The notes: a model not told the origin generated them from the letters alone. DNA of 64,000 nucleotides from Marispirochaeta sp. (GCA_963676835.2 CAXXFF010000002.1:832001-896000), one strand, 5' to 3'; positions 30,578 to 40,793 are shown, numbered from the stretch's first letter. Numbers and translations are program-made.

Positions 30578-30596
30578 ACCTTAGAGGAACAGCAAA

Positions 30597-32126
30597 ATGG
30601 AAATATTTGAATTAATCACTCCCCTGACAGTTTCATTGACTTTCATTGGAGTTATCGGCGGTATTATTTTCGGCGCGATCCCGGGAATGACAGCGACAAT
30701 GGCGCTGGCAGTGTTTCTTCCGTTGACCTATGCCTTGAACATGAACCAGGCGCTTGCACTCCTGATTGGTCTCTATGTCGGAGGGATTTCCGGAGGACTG
30801 GTCCCGGCAATTCTTTTGAAGATTCCGGGTACTCCAGCATCGATTGCAACCACCTTTGACGGACATCCCATGACCCTGAAGGGGCAGGGAGAACGGGCGT
30901 TGAAGATCGGTATTGTATCGTCTTTTATTGGCGGATGTATCAGTATTGCCATACTGGCGGTTGCAGCACCGGCGCTGGCAGATATAGCAATAAAGTTTTC
31001 GTATGTTGAAAAGTTTCTCATCATCATATTTGCCTTGACGGTAATCGCATCGATTTCACAGGGAAGTATGCTGGTTGGAATCTTTAGTGGATTTCTTGGT
31101 GTTCTGATTAGCCTCATCGGAACTTATGGATCAACCAGCGGTGGTAATGACCATACCCGTTTGTTGCCCGATTTCCTGCGTGATACCATGCGAAACGGCT
31201 TTTCCCTGCTGCCGGTATTGATCGGGATGTTCGCCCTGGCGACTATCCTTGAAGAAGCAGAAACCGGGGTCAAGGAGAGTGCCCACCAGAAGATTGACCT
31301 GAGCAGTGGAGTTAAATTTCAGTTCTCGGTGTTCAAGAATAAAATAGGAAACTTGATCAGGTCGTCGTTTATCGGGACCTTTGTCGGTTTGCTTCCCGGT
31401 GTCGGGGGCAGTGCTGCATCGGTTCTCTCTTATACTCAGGCCAAGAATTTTTCAAAACATCCCGAGAAATTCGGTACTGGTATTCCGGACGGAGTTATCG
31501 CCTCCGAAGCTTCAAATAATGCTCTGACAGGCGGGGCTCTGATACCCCTGGTATCGCTGGGTATTCCCGGCGACAGTACAACCGCGGTTTTGATCGGTGC
31601 CTTCACCCTGCAGGGGATTCAGCTTGGGCCACTCTTTATCGGCAATGAACCGATGGCCTGGGCCGGGATGGTAAACTCCCTGATAATCGCCAATATCATC
31701 ATGTTCGCCATAATGTTCTTTGCCATCAAGTACATTGTGCGGGTTATTTATGTACCTAAATACATCCTGTACCCGGTAATTGTCGTAATGTGTGTTGTGG
31801 GCTCATATGCAATTAATTATGGACGGATGATCGATGTCTGGACCTATCTGATCTTCGGATTATTCGCCTGGTTGGTGGTTAAGGTGAAACTGCAGATTCC
31901 ATCGCTGCTGATTGGTTTTATTCTGGGAAATCAGCTGGAAATCTACTTTGTAAAGAGTCTGGAATCTTTCGGAACCTTCACCATCTTTTTTACCAAGAGT
32001 TTTATTGCATGGGTTCTGTGGGGACTGATTATAATCTCGGTGATCTGGTCTATTGTGCTGAGTTCCCGGGAGAAGAAACATAAAGCCATGTACGGACCGA
32101 ATGGCCAGGATAGGGAGACTGACTGA
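30597..32126 (+). CDS. tctA: TTT large permease subunit
   Basis: GAIPGMT, IPGTPASIATTFDGHPM, EASNNA, LGIPGD. Confidence 0.95.
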   Translation: MEIFELITPLTVSLTFIGVIGGIIFGAIPGMTATMALAVFLPLTYALNMNQALALLIGLYVGGISGGLVPAILLKIPGTPASIATTFDGHPMTLKGQGERALKIGIVSSFIGGCISIAILAVAAPALADIAIKFSYVEKFLIIIFALTVIASISQGSMLVGIFSGFLGVLISLIGTYGSTSGGNDHTRLLPDFLRDTMRNGFSLLPVLIGMFALATILEEAETGVKESAHQKIDLSSGVKFQFSVFKNKIGNLIRSSFIGTFVGLLPGVGGSAASVLSYTQAKNFSKHPEKFGTGIPDGVIASEASNNALTGGALIPLVSLGIPGDSTTAVLIGAFTLQGIQLGPLFIGNEPMAWAGMVNSLIIANIIMFAIMFFAIKYIVRVIYVPKYILYPVIVVMCVVGSYAINYGRMIDVWTYLIFGLFAWLVVKVKLQIPSLLIGFILGNQLEIYFVKSLESFGTFTIFFTKSFIAWVLWGLIIISVIWSIVLSSREKKHKAMYGPNGQDRETD

Positions 32127-33070
32127 TGGGAAAAATACTCATACCGCAGGATGTGGTGCAGGAAGGTAAGGATTTCCTAACTTCCCGTGGACACGAGGTT
32201 ATTGTCGGATCGGGATTCGATATCGAGACAATAAAGAGAGAAGTGGCGGATTGTGATGCCATTCTGGCCCGTACCGCGCCGTTTCCGGCGGAAGTGCTGG
32301 AGGCCGGAAAAAAGCTGAAGGTAATAGGACGGCATGGTGTTGGGGTAGATAATATCGATGTTGCAAAGGCGACGGAACTTGGGATTCGGGTAACCTATAC
32401 GCCGGAAGCCAATGCCAATACTGTTGCAGAAATGGCTGTTGGCTTTATCATTGCATCGGGGAGAAATCTTGTGGTAATGGATGCAGCGACCCGGAGTAGT
32501 GATTTCTCCATAAGGAACAGGATGAAAGGACAGGACCTTGCAGGAAAGACACTGTCGGTTATTGGTCTGGGCAGGATTGGCCGCCTTGTTGCGAAAAAAG
32601 CTATGTATGGTCTGGACATGAAGGTTCTTGCCTATGATCCGTATGTAACAGCTGATACGGCTCCCGAGGGTGTGGAGATAACCTCCAGCTGGGATGAAGC
32701 ATTCAGTAGAGGTGACTTTGTGACTCTGCACATTCCCTCCACCCCGGAAACAAAAGGTTCAATCGACAGTATAACTCTAGGCAAGATGAAGGACAGCGCC
32801 ATTCTGATCAATTGTGCCCGGGGCGACCTGGTTGTTGAAGAAGATGTTGCAACAGCGTTGAAAAACGGTGTAATTTCCGGTCTGGCAACGGATGTTTATA
32901 CCCGGGAACCGCCTGAGGTTGACCACCGCTATTTTCCCCTGAAGAATACCATTCTTACACCCCATAATGCCGCGTTAACCAATGAGTGTATGGCCCGTAT
33001 GGCGGTGGGGGCTGCTGAAGGAATAGATGATGTTTTGAATGGACGAGAGCCGACATGGCCTGTTAACTGA
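32126..33070 (+). CDS. D-isomer-specific 2-hydroxyacid dehydrogenase (SerA-like, no ACT domain)
   Basis: RHGVGVDNID, GLGRIG, INCARG, DVYTREP, TPHNA. Confidence 0.92.
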   Translation: MGKILIPQDVVQEGKDFLTSRGHEVIVGSGFDIETIKREVADCDAILARTAPFPAEVLEAGKKLKVIGRHGVGVDNIDVAKATELGIRVTYTPEANANTVAEMAVGFIIASGRNLVVMDAATRSSDFSIRNRMKGQDLAGKTLSVIGLGRIGRLVAKKAMYGLDMKVLAYDPYVTADTAPEGVEITSSWDEAFSRGDFVTLHIPSTPETKGSIDSITLGKMKDSAILINCARGDLVVEEDVATALKNGVISGLATDVYTREPPEVDHRYFPLKNTILTPHNAALTNECMARMAVGAAEGIDDVLNGREPTWPVN

Positions 33071-33233
33071 TGGAATTGAGTTTTCGACTATCTTTCCCGG
33101 CTGTTCATTTTGATATTATTTGTTTATTGAAGATATTGGCATTATCCAATTAGGCAGGTGTTAGAGAGACCGTTTCCGAATCTAACCATAATCCGATAGA
33201 AAGAACAACCATGACTATCGAGTCATTAAAGTT

Positions 33234-33266
33234 TGGGGAGGCGTCTTTATTTTGACGTCTCCCCCA
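33234..33266. terminator. Hairpin between convergent genes
   Basis: GGGGAGGCGTC...GACGTCTCCCC. Confidence 0.65.
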
Positions 33267-33267
33267 T

Positions 33268-35229
33268 TCATTGAATTTTGTATTCTTTAATTTTTCTCCA
33301 CAGGGTTGACCGGTTTATGCCAAGAAGCAGTGCGGCCTTGTTCTTTTTATTCCCGCTTTTGATGAGCGCGTTTATTATTGATTGTTTTTCCAGATCTTTT
33401 AGAGATGATGTCTTTTCTGTTGTCGCAGGACAAGAATTTTCCTCTGAAAGGCAATTGTCCAAAATATCTTGTTCCATGGAAAAAATTTGCAAAATCTCTC
33501 TTGATGAAATTTCACAGGTGTTCCTTGCTGTAGCGGCAAGGTGCTCACATAAGTTCATCAACTCTCTGATATTTCCAGGCCATTCATGTATAAGGAGAAT
33601 TTCCTTCGCGTCATCTGTTAAAAGACGTTTTTCTGTGCCAAAACGTTTGGAAAAGAGATCAATATAGTGTTCAAATAGTAGTATTATGTCTTGTCCTCTC
33701 TCTTTCAAATGGGGAAGTGGGAGGCGGACGGATGATATACGAAAGTATAAGTCTTTTCTGAAATCTCCTTTATACACAAGGGTGCGAAGATTGCGGTTAA
33801 CTCCGTACAAAAATCTGATATCCAGGTTTACCGGGCGTGTTCCGCCAACTTTAATTATTTGGTTTTCTTGGATAACCCGGAGAAGCTTACTTTGTAATTG
33901 TATTGATATCTCGGAGATTTCATCAAGGAATATTGTACCACCACTGGCTTGCTCAAAATATCCGGTATGTCCGTTTTTTTGGGCACCAGTGAAAGACCCG
34001 GAGGTATGGCCAAAGAATTCACTTTCGAATAGTGAGTCTGGAATGGCTGCGCAGTTTACTGCAACAAAAGGACCTCTTCTGCGCTGACTGAAATTATGGA
34101 TGCTCTGAGCAAAGAGTTCTTTCCCGGTACCAGTTGCACCCAGAATAAGTATGCTTGAATCGATCTGAGCAAAGGACTTTGCAGTTGTAATAGCATTATT
34201 CATAATGCTGCTGGTGTGGATAATATCATCGAAATTGTGTGTGGCCCGATAAACCGGTTTAACTGTTTTGGATTCATTAAATACAAAAGTTTTCTTTTTC
34301 CTGTTTTGTGATAGTCGCAGCACTGTGCCTATATTCTTGGTGTTATATAAGAATGGGAATGTGTTGACTCTGTAATCATTGATAATGCTGTTATTCAGGG
34401 TTTCTATGTTATTGTTTCCCGCAGCCGAAGTTGCAGATGAAATGAAATCATGGTCCAAAATATCAGTACCTTCTATCTCTGTTTTGCAACTGTTTATTAT
34501 GTGTTGGGCATGTTTGTTCAGGTTGATTACACGGTTTCTGTTGTCAAGTAGAATAAGGCCTTCGGAAGCATTCTGTACTATTTTATTTATTGTTGTTTCG
34601 TTCAGGTTTTTACAATCAGAGATGGTATACATGGCGTCACGAAGTGCTGAAAACAGAGACTCAGATGTACTTCTGATGTGGTAAGGTCTAATTTGTTGGT
34701 CGAGAGCCGCGTCATGAAGAGATGAAAAGCAGAGAGCTTGATCTATGCCTTGTTGTTTAAGGTCTCTGAAAAGTTCATGGTTATAATCCGGATCCAAAGC
34801 GTGATCGGTATAGTGAACTGGAACAATATTCAAATTTAAATAGTTTCTAACCTGATCAGATTGTATAAACACATCTCTCGATGAGTGTACAAGCGCCATA
34901 GGCCGTTCAGGGTCAATGGTGCTTTTTTCTGAAATTTGTTTAATCGAAAAAAGAAAATCAGCGGTCGATATTGGAATTTCAATAACGGGTTTTTCCTTTT
35001 CATGTTCACGCAGAATAATAGCTCGTATACCACGGGCAACAAGAACATCGGCATTCCTTTTGTTTCTCTTGTATGTTTCAGGGTCTGTATAAAAATAAAA
35101 CTCCATTCTTATGTTTGAAAATTCCGGCCGAGAATTCAGATAATGCTGTAATTCTGTCATATATACTTTCTTAAACATTTTTTCAAATTTTCCAGCTTCT
35201 GCAAGTGTTACAAAAAGAATTCTGCACAT
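33268..35229 (-). CDS. Sigma54-dependent enhancer-binding protein (PrpR-like N-terminus, PAS, AAA+, HTH)
   Basis: GATGTGKE, GSFTGA, FLDE, WPGNIREL, LGINRSTLWRK; ATG 35229 behind GGAGG. Confidence 0.92.
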   Translation of the reverse strand: MCRILFVTLAEAGKFEKMFKKVYMTELQHYLNSRPEFSNIRMEFYFYTDPETYKRNKRNADVLVARGIRAIILREHEKEKPVIEIPISTADFLFSIKQISEKSTIDPERPMALVHSSRDVFIQSDQVRNYLNLNIVPVHYTDHALDPDYNHELFRDLKQQGIDQALCFSSLHDAALDQQIRPYHIRSTSESLFSALRDAMYTISDCKNLNETTINKIVQNASEGLILLDNRNRVINLNKHAQHIINSCKTEIEGTDILDHDFISSATSAAGNNNIETLNNSIINDYRVNTFPFLYNTKNIGTVLRLSQNRKKKTFVFNESKTVKPVYRATHNFDDIIHTSSIMNNAITTAKSFAQIDSSILILGATGTGKELFAQSIHNFSQRRRGPFVAVNCAAIPDSLFESEFFGHTSGSFTGAQKNGHTGYFEQASGGTIFLDEISEISIQLQSKLLRVIQENQIIKVGGTRPVNLDIRFLYGVNRNLRTLVYKGDFRKDLYFRISSVRLPLPHLKERGQDIILLFEHYIDLFSKRFGTEKRLLTDDAKEILLIHEWPGNIRELMNLCEHLAATARNTCEISSREILQIFSMEQDILDNCLSEENSCPATTEKTSSLKDLEKQSIINALIKSGNKKNKAALLLGINRSTLWRKIKEYKIQ

Positions 35230-35310
35230 TGAGCATTTCCTCCCGCTGCATATTATTCTATCAGATGCTATAGCATTCTTGGTGAAAAAGATGGAAAAGG
35301 TCGCATAGAA

Positions 35311-35327
35311 TGTTGCATTTTGCATCA
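35311..35327. promoter_or_regulatory. Candidate enhancer (UAS)
   Basis: TGTTGCA-TTT-TGCATCA, same form as the 28686 site. Confidence 0.68.
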
Positions 35328-35507
35328 TGAAACTGTTTGGTTGCTGGTTTGGGTGGGGTTTTATATTGCATCAGTTTGCACCATTTCCCACCTATGTATC
35401 TTTTTATGTAACCAAAGTAGTATTTTACGAGGGAGGGAGGTGTTGTAAGTCGTTTCATTGTAAGTAAATAAAGTAGGATCTGAAGGAATGGTGGATAAGG
35501 AGCATTT

Positions 35508-35523
35508 TGGCAAGGTTATTGCT
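35508..35523 (+). promoter_or_regulatory. Sigma54 -24/-12 promoter of exported MBL gene
   Basis: TGGCAA-GGTTA-TTGCT, divergent from the EBP gene. Confidence 0.85.
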
Positions 35524-35574
35524 ATGACTTAGTTGAATTCCTGCATATGTGGGAAAATTAAAAAGGAGAGAAGT

Positions 35575-38127
35575 ATGAAGAAAATTCTCTTATGTTCCAT
35601 TACCTTACTGTTCGCTGTATCCATTTGGGCAGCAGGTGCCTCCGAAGCTGATATTGGAAAAGGCGCTTTTAACAAATGGGGAGAATCGATCTATGGGAAG
35701 AATGTCGACCATACGACTTATGGATGGCTTGTTGAGGATGGTGTCATCAATGCTGATGGTACTGTTACGGCAACTATTATGGAGGTCCCGGAGTTTAAAA
35801 CAAAAACCTATACAACTGCATGGCCGATGAATGATGCTGCACATACAAACAGTATAACCGGCGTAAGCCGGGCAGAAGCAATGAGTGGCGAAGGCGACAT
35901 GTTTGGCGGGGGCTGGCTGGTGCAGGGATCATTTATCGAAATACAGAAGGATGCTGAGGATCGCTGTATGGATTTCGAATTGATTCAGTGGAACGAAGTT
36001 CTGATGTTTGACTCAGCCTCCTATGGGCCAGAGCTGACTGCCAAGGGAGGTGCCGCAGGCAACATGGTAGCCCTCGGTTGGGTCCTGGGAAAAAGTCCCG
36101 CAGCTAATACTATCACAATCGGTGATGGTAACCATGTTACCAATGTATTTGAGGAAACCTACACTCTTGCCGATGACTGCAGGATTTACTGTATAGACAA
36201 TGATCATTCTGATGGTTTTACTTATCTGAGCAGGGGTACTTATTCAATCAAGGGGTCATGGGATTTGGTGAAAGAAGGATCTTTCGACGATATCAATGTG
36301 ACTAAAACTATTAACGGTGAAATATACAAAAACCCTGAACGCTGGACTGCACTTTGCGTATTTGACAGCAGTTATAAAAGCTCATGGGAGGATGGGACCG
36401 CCAAGGTCAAGGAACTTTATCTGTATAACAATCCGATTTTGCTTGGAACCCGTAACCTTGTTATCCCTGATGGGATGCAGTATGCCGGAACAAGCTGGTA
36501 CGCTACGATGAGCAAGCTGGAAAACTCGCATAACTATTCTTATGATGGATCTTGTGAACCCTTCGCTCTAATGGAAGACCGCTGCTACTCCATTGGTGAT
36601 TCCTATACAAACATGTTCATGTTTGTCGGTGATGACGGTACAATTTCCACACTCGATATGGGTAACCGTGCGGCCTCCTACCAGTACTGGTTGAATATAG
36701 CAAAGCTGGGATATGATCCACGTCAAATTGACAACCTGATTCTAACTCATGGTCATGGGGACCATTACCAGGCGCTTTATGAAGGCTGGCTGATGATTGA
36801 ACGTGGTGGGAATGCGGTTAATGTCGTGGTTAATAAGTATGCACAGGGTACGACTGTTTCAAGCAGTGATGGATCCACTGTGTATGAACTGAATGCAACC
36901 CTTAAAGATCCGCCTGTTCTCTCTATTGTCGATGTACAACCGGAATGGGATGAGTGGCTGGATTTCATGGGTCCCGGGGCGGACACCTATATCTGGCGTG
37001 CAATCGGTCACAGCAGTGATACCGCATCTTTTGTTTTCAAACTTACCGCTACCGATACGGATGAATATTTTAACGCCGGCGATAAGGTGTCTCTTGTGTA
37101 TTTTGGTGGATATGGTTCGGTTAACAATACTTCTCGCGGGGTAAACCGGAATCAGATTGCCTACAGTATGCAGTATGAAGGTGCTGTTATTGCTCCATGG
37201 GCGGAATGCCAGAGTGATTATGTTTATCCAATTCCGCAGCACTCCAATCAGTATCCGATGTATGAAATCTGGAAGGCTACCCAGGTGGCCAAAATTCCGT
37301 TTATGGAAGGATTTGTGGGCGGAGCAGAGCAGTGTACCAATATGATGGAAAAACGTGTCGCGTTGATGACTTATGAACGCTTCAATACAGATTACTGGAA
37401 TAAAGAAGATGCCTTCGGGGATGCGCTGGAAGCGAAAACCGGGTTCAGGGCCTCTTCTTCCGGAAAGGGATTTCTCGATACCCTCGAGGATAACGGTCCG
37501 TATAAACGAGAAGCGGGTGAGTACATTGTTGATGTAAAGGGTGTCCAGGTTATTCATGGTTTTCAACCTTGGCTGAATAAAACCGATCTCTTTGCCGGTC
37601 AGACAAACGTTTATGGCTATGACCTCAGCGAAGGAATTCTGATCGACAAAGACTCATACGTCGCTGACCCGGATGGATGGTACATACAGTTAATCTGCAA
37701 TGTTCAGGATGACTATGATGGAGGACTTCTTTACGAAGAAAATTTCTTCAAGGGACAGTATGCCACGGGAACTAAAGGCCTTGAAGAAGAGACTTTAACC
37801 AGTCCATGGCTTAGCGGACCAATCGAATTTGGCAACAACCCTGACGGATGGGTGGAAATCCTGCGTCTGGAAAGGTTTGACTCTAAGGCGGAAGCTTTAG
37901 CATATGCCAAAAAACTGACCAATGGTTCCTATAGTACACCGTATGAAGTACAGAGTGTTAACGGAGGGAATCTCTATGACTACCCCGATACTGCGAACTA
38001 TACGGTAAGTGATTATGGTGCAGGAGCTGGTCTTGAGACGTTTGATTCCTACAAAGTGAGTATGAAGCAAACCTGTGAAATCATTGTTGGAGAAACGTTT
38101 GAAGACACTTTCAGAAAAGTAAAATAA
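35575..38127 (+). CDS. Large exported multidomain protein with central MBL-fold hydrolase domain
   Basis: Signal peptide MKKILL...VSIWA; LDMG, GYDPRQIDNLILTHGHGDH, AIGHSSD, PQHS; ATG behind AAGGAG. Confidence 0.82.
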   Translation: MKKILLCSITLLFAVSIWAAGASEADIGKGAFNKWGESIYGKNVDHTTYGWLVEDGVINADGTVTATIMEVPEFKTKTYTTAWPMNDAAHTNSITGVSRAEAMSGEGDMFGGGWLVQGSFIEIQKDAEDRCMDFELIQWNEVLMFDSASYGPELTAKGGAAGNMVALGWVLGKSPAANTITIGDGNHVTNVFEETYTLADDCRIYCIDNDHSDGFTYLSRGTYSIKGSWDLVKEGSFDDINVTKTINGEIYKNPERWTALCVFDSSYKSSWEDGTAKVKELYLYNNPILLGTRNLVIPDGMQYAGTSWYATMSKLENSHNYSYDGSCEPFALMEDRCYSIGDSYTNMFMFVGDDGTISTLDMGNRAASYQYWLNIAKLGYDPRQIDNLILTHGHGDHYQALYEGWLMIERGGNAVNVVVNKYAQGTTVSSSDGSTVYELNATLKDPPVLSIVDVQPEWDEWLDFMGPGADTYIWRAIGHSSDTASFVFKLTATDTDEYFNAGDKVSLVYFGGYGSVNNTSRGVNRNQIAYSMQYEGAVIAPWAECQSDYVYPIPQHSNQYPMYEIWKATQVAKIPFMEGFVGGAEQCTNMMEKRVALMTYERFNTDYWNKEDAFGDALEAKTGFRASSSGKGFLDTLEDNGPYKREAGEYIVDVKGVQVIHGFQPWLNKTDLFAGQTNVYGYDLSEGILIDKDSYVADPDGWYIQLICNVQDDYDGGLLYEENFFKGQYATGTKGLEEETLTSPWLSGPIEFGNNPDGWVEILRLERFDSKAEALAYAKKLTNGSYSTPYEVQSVNGGNLYDYPDTANYTVSDYGAGAGLETFDSYKVSMKQTCEIIVGETFEDTFRKVK

Positions 38128-38149
38128 TCAATCACAATAAGAAATTATT

Positions 38150-38185
38150 CATGCTGTCTGGTATGGACCGGACAGCATGATTTTT
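38150..38185 (+). terminator. Rho-independent terminator
   Basis: CATGCTGTC...GACAGCATG followed by ATTTTT. Confidence 0.75.
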
Positions 38186-38246
38186 GATGTATGACTGCCA
38201 GGACCGGCATAGGCTGGTGGTTAACAAACGAATTAGGTATGAAACT

Positions 38247-38864
38247 ATGAGAAAACTACTACTGATATGCATTCTCCTGCTTTGTTCTATGGGATTTGCA
38301 GCGGCTCATCCGCATATGTTTATCGACAGCAAGGTTACCGTTGATATGGATAACACTACCCTTAAAGGATTGGAAGTCACCTGGTGGTTTGATCCTCTCT
38401 TCAGCAGTAATATTCTTATCGATTTTGATGTGAATAAAAACAGGATTCTTGATGCGGAAGAGGTAGGATATATTCGTGATTATGCCTTTGGAAACCTGAA
38501 GCAGTATGACTATTTTATCTACCTTCAGACAGGTAATTCCCGATATTCGCCGGAATCAACAGTAAACTTTAATGCCTATTATGAAGGTGAAACCCTTGTC
38601 TACCATTTTTATGTTCCTTTTAATGCGGCGATAAACGGGGGCCAATACACAGTAGCCATGTACGACAAGACCTATTACTGTGATATTCAGTATGTACGGA
38701 AAGATCCGGTTGTGCTCCGCGGGGATACTACAGCTACCTGGGAACTGCTTACCAATACCGATATGAAAATAAAGTATGGCGGTAACGTTTCTGTTGCACG
38801 AGAGGGCAAAACCTATAGTGGGGTCGCTTATCCTATGCAGTTAGTGGTGGAGATCCCGGAATGA
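38247..38864 (+). CDS. DUF1007 family periplasmic protein
   Basis: Signal peptide then HPHMFID, WWFDPLFS, YDKTYY. Confidence 0.85.
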   Translation: MRKLLLICILLLCSMGFAAAHPHMFIDSKVTVDMDNTTLKGLEVTWWFDPLFSSNILIDFDVNKNRILDAEEVGYIRDYAFGNLKQYDYFIYLQTGNSRYSPESTVNFNAYYEGETLVYHFYVPFNAAINGGQYTVAMYDKTYYCDIQYVRKDPVVLRGDTTATWELLTNTDMKIKYGGNVSVAREGKTYSGVAYPMQLVVEIPE

Positions 38865-39763
38865 GTAAGATGAGTATTCTACTTGTGATATACCTGCTCT
38901 TTCTGGGGTCCTTGGCGGCACAGGTGAATCCATTCTTATCCAGCACACCACAAGAAGATACCATCGAGGGAACTGGCAATACGGTAGCGGAGCGAACCGC
39001 ACCGGTTGATGTTAAAACGCAGTCCATTTTTTCGGCAAGAAGCGCTGCAGTCCAGCGGAAACTGCAGAGGCAGATCACCTCGTTGTTGTCTAATACCAAT
39101 AGTGCAAAGGGCCTGCTATTCATGTTGGGACTCTCGTTTCTCTATGGTGTACTGCATGCCCTTGGCCCGGGACATCGCAAGACGATTATTGTCGGCTATT
39201 TTTTGGGGGAGAAAGTCCGGCCTGTTGCTGGAGTCGGTACAGGCCTGCTCCTTGCTTTTGAACATGGAGGCAGTGCTATTTTCCTAGTTGGAGGATTAAC
39301 GTGGCTTAGTGCGAAGTCGCTTACTCTTTCGATGAATACTGCGGAAGTGATAATGCTGCCCATATCGTATAGCATTATCATAATGTTGGGTATTTGGATG
39401 ATATTACAGGGTTATTTGGATTACAGATGGGAGCGTGAAGGTAATGCGCGACATGTGATGGGAACAGCTGGAATGCTTTTGTCCGGGTTAATACCTTGTC
39501 CGGCGGCTACTGCTATCATGATTTTTTCGATATCCATGGGCTATTTGAAAACCGGTGTATTATCTGTTATAGCAATGTCTCTGGGGATGGGGGCTCTGCT
39601 TTCCTGCATCGGACTTACGGCTATCATATTCAGGGAGAGAATATCCCGGATAATAACGAACAGATCGAGTGTACGCTATCTTGAACTTGTTTTTCATTGG
39701 GGCAGTGGTTTGTTGCTGGTCTTCATTGGAGGAGTTTTTCTGCTGCAGGTTCTGCCTGGTTAA
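38861..39763 (+). CDS. Nickel/cobalt transporter (RcnA/NicO-like)
   Basis: YGVLHALGPGHRK, GLIPCP; ATGA overlap with DUF1007 gene. Confidence 0.88.
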   Translation: MSKMSILLVIYLLFLGSLAAQVNPFLSSTPQEDTIEGTGNTVAERTAPVDVKTQSIFSARSAAVQRKLQRQITSLLSNTNSAKGLLFMLGLSFLYGVLHALGPGHRKTIIVGYFLGEKVRPVAGVGTGLLLAFEHGGSAIFLVGGLTWLSAKSLTLSMNTAEVIMLPISYSIIIMLGIWMILQGYLDYRWEREGNARHVMGTAGMLLSGLIPCPAATAIMIFSISMGYLKTGVLSVIAMSLGMGALLSCIGLTAIIFRERISRIITNRSSVRYLELVFHWGSGLLLVFIGGVFLLQVLPG

Positions 39764-39848
39764 AGAAATAGCGGGTAGATGAAAGAGCTTGAAATAGACT
39801 GTGCAGTATCGGTGCGGTGATTGAAATCCGGAAATAATAAACAAACAA

Positions 39849-39891
39849 TTGACTGTGCGGACAAATGGCGGTATTGTTATAGACAAATGGC
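39849..39891 (+). promoter_or_regulatory. TA promoter with two 10-bp direct repeats
   Basis: TTGACT-17 nt-TATTGT; GACAAATGGC at 39860 and 39882. Confidence 0.7.
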
Positions 39892-39900
39892 AGTAGCAAG

Positions 39901-40332
39901 ATGAACGCAGTATTAATCGAAGACCTGCTTGGCGGTTCCGGAATCCTGGGGCATAAAATACACACTGAAATGGATTTGTATGAACTGGGGAAAAACGGTA
40001 TTCCAAAAAAAGCCCTGCTTTATCTGGCAAAAAGTATAAACATGCCGATTAAAACTCTCTCTGCCATACTGCATACTACAGAGCGAACCCTGCAGCGCAA
40101 AAAAGATGTAGATCTGCTTAACGAAACCATTTCTGAACATCTTCTTCAGTTGGCGGAGGTTTATTCCCGGGGGGAAGAGGTTTTCGACGGTATCGAGGCT
40201 TTTCAGCTCTGGATTGAGTCTCCCGATAAAGCCCTGGGCGATAAGAAACCTCTGGATCTCCTCTCTTCGCGATATGGAATACAGATGGTTCTGGATGAAC
40301 TGGGAAGAATCGAACACGGCGTGTTCTCCTGA
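39901..40332 (+). CDS. Xre/MbcA/ParS-type antitoxin
   Basis: HTH TTERTLQR; EVF...W...P.KALGDKKPLDLL...G...V.DELGRIEHG. Confidence 0.92.
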   Translation: MNAVLIEDLLGGSGILGHKIHTEMDLYELGKNGIPKKALLYLAKSINMPIKTLSAILHTTERTLQRKKDVDLLNETISEHLLQLAEVYSRGEEVFDGIEAFQLWIESPDKALGDKKPLDLLSSRYGIQMVLDELGRIEHGVFS

Positions 40333-40793
40333 TGAAGGTTTACCGCATAGCGGGTAAAAAGTTTATTCACGACATGTCCGGGGAGGGTGCACGTCTGTAT
40401 GGCGGGCGCTGGAACAGCAAGGGAACCAGTGTTCTGTATACTTCAACAAACAGATCTCTGGCGACAATAGAGTACCTGGTACATTTACCTATGGCAGTAA
40501 TCCCTGCAGATGTCTGTATAGCCGAATTATCTTTGCCCACGGAAGCCGGTATGGATGCGGTAGATATCAATGACTTGCCCTCCGGTTGGTGGGAATACCC
40601 CGCTCCGCTGGAGCTTGCCGAAACGGGTGACAGATTTATTCGGGAAAACAGCGGTCTATCACTTAAAGTACCCTCTGCAATCGTAAAAGGTGAATGGAAC
40701 GTTCTGATTAATCCCCGGCACTCATTGTTCAGCTCGATTGAGATTGCAGAAATAGAAGAGTATGTTTTTGATTCAAGGCTTTTTAAGCGGTAA
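40332..40793 (+). CDS. RES-domain toxin (NAD+-consuming family)
   Basis: VYRI, SGEGARLYGGRWNSKG, YTS...LATIE, VPSAIV...NVLINP.H. Confidence 0.93.
   Translation: MKVYRIAGKKFIHDMSGEGARLYGGRWNSKGTSVLYTSTNRSLATIEYLVHLPMAVIPADVCIAELSLPTEAGMDAVDINDLPSGWWEYPAPLELAETGDRFIRENSGLSLKVPSAIVKGEWNVLINPRHSLFSSIEIAEIEEYVFDSRLFKR

Noticed and set aside
32126..33070. Calling this gene serA
   Set aside because: Lacks the regulatory domain and is coupled to a TTT operon; more likely catabolic
33211..33226. Palindrome ATGACT-ATCG-AGTCAT
   Set aside because: Single 6-bp-arm dyad between convergent genes; plausible by chance
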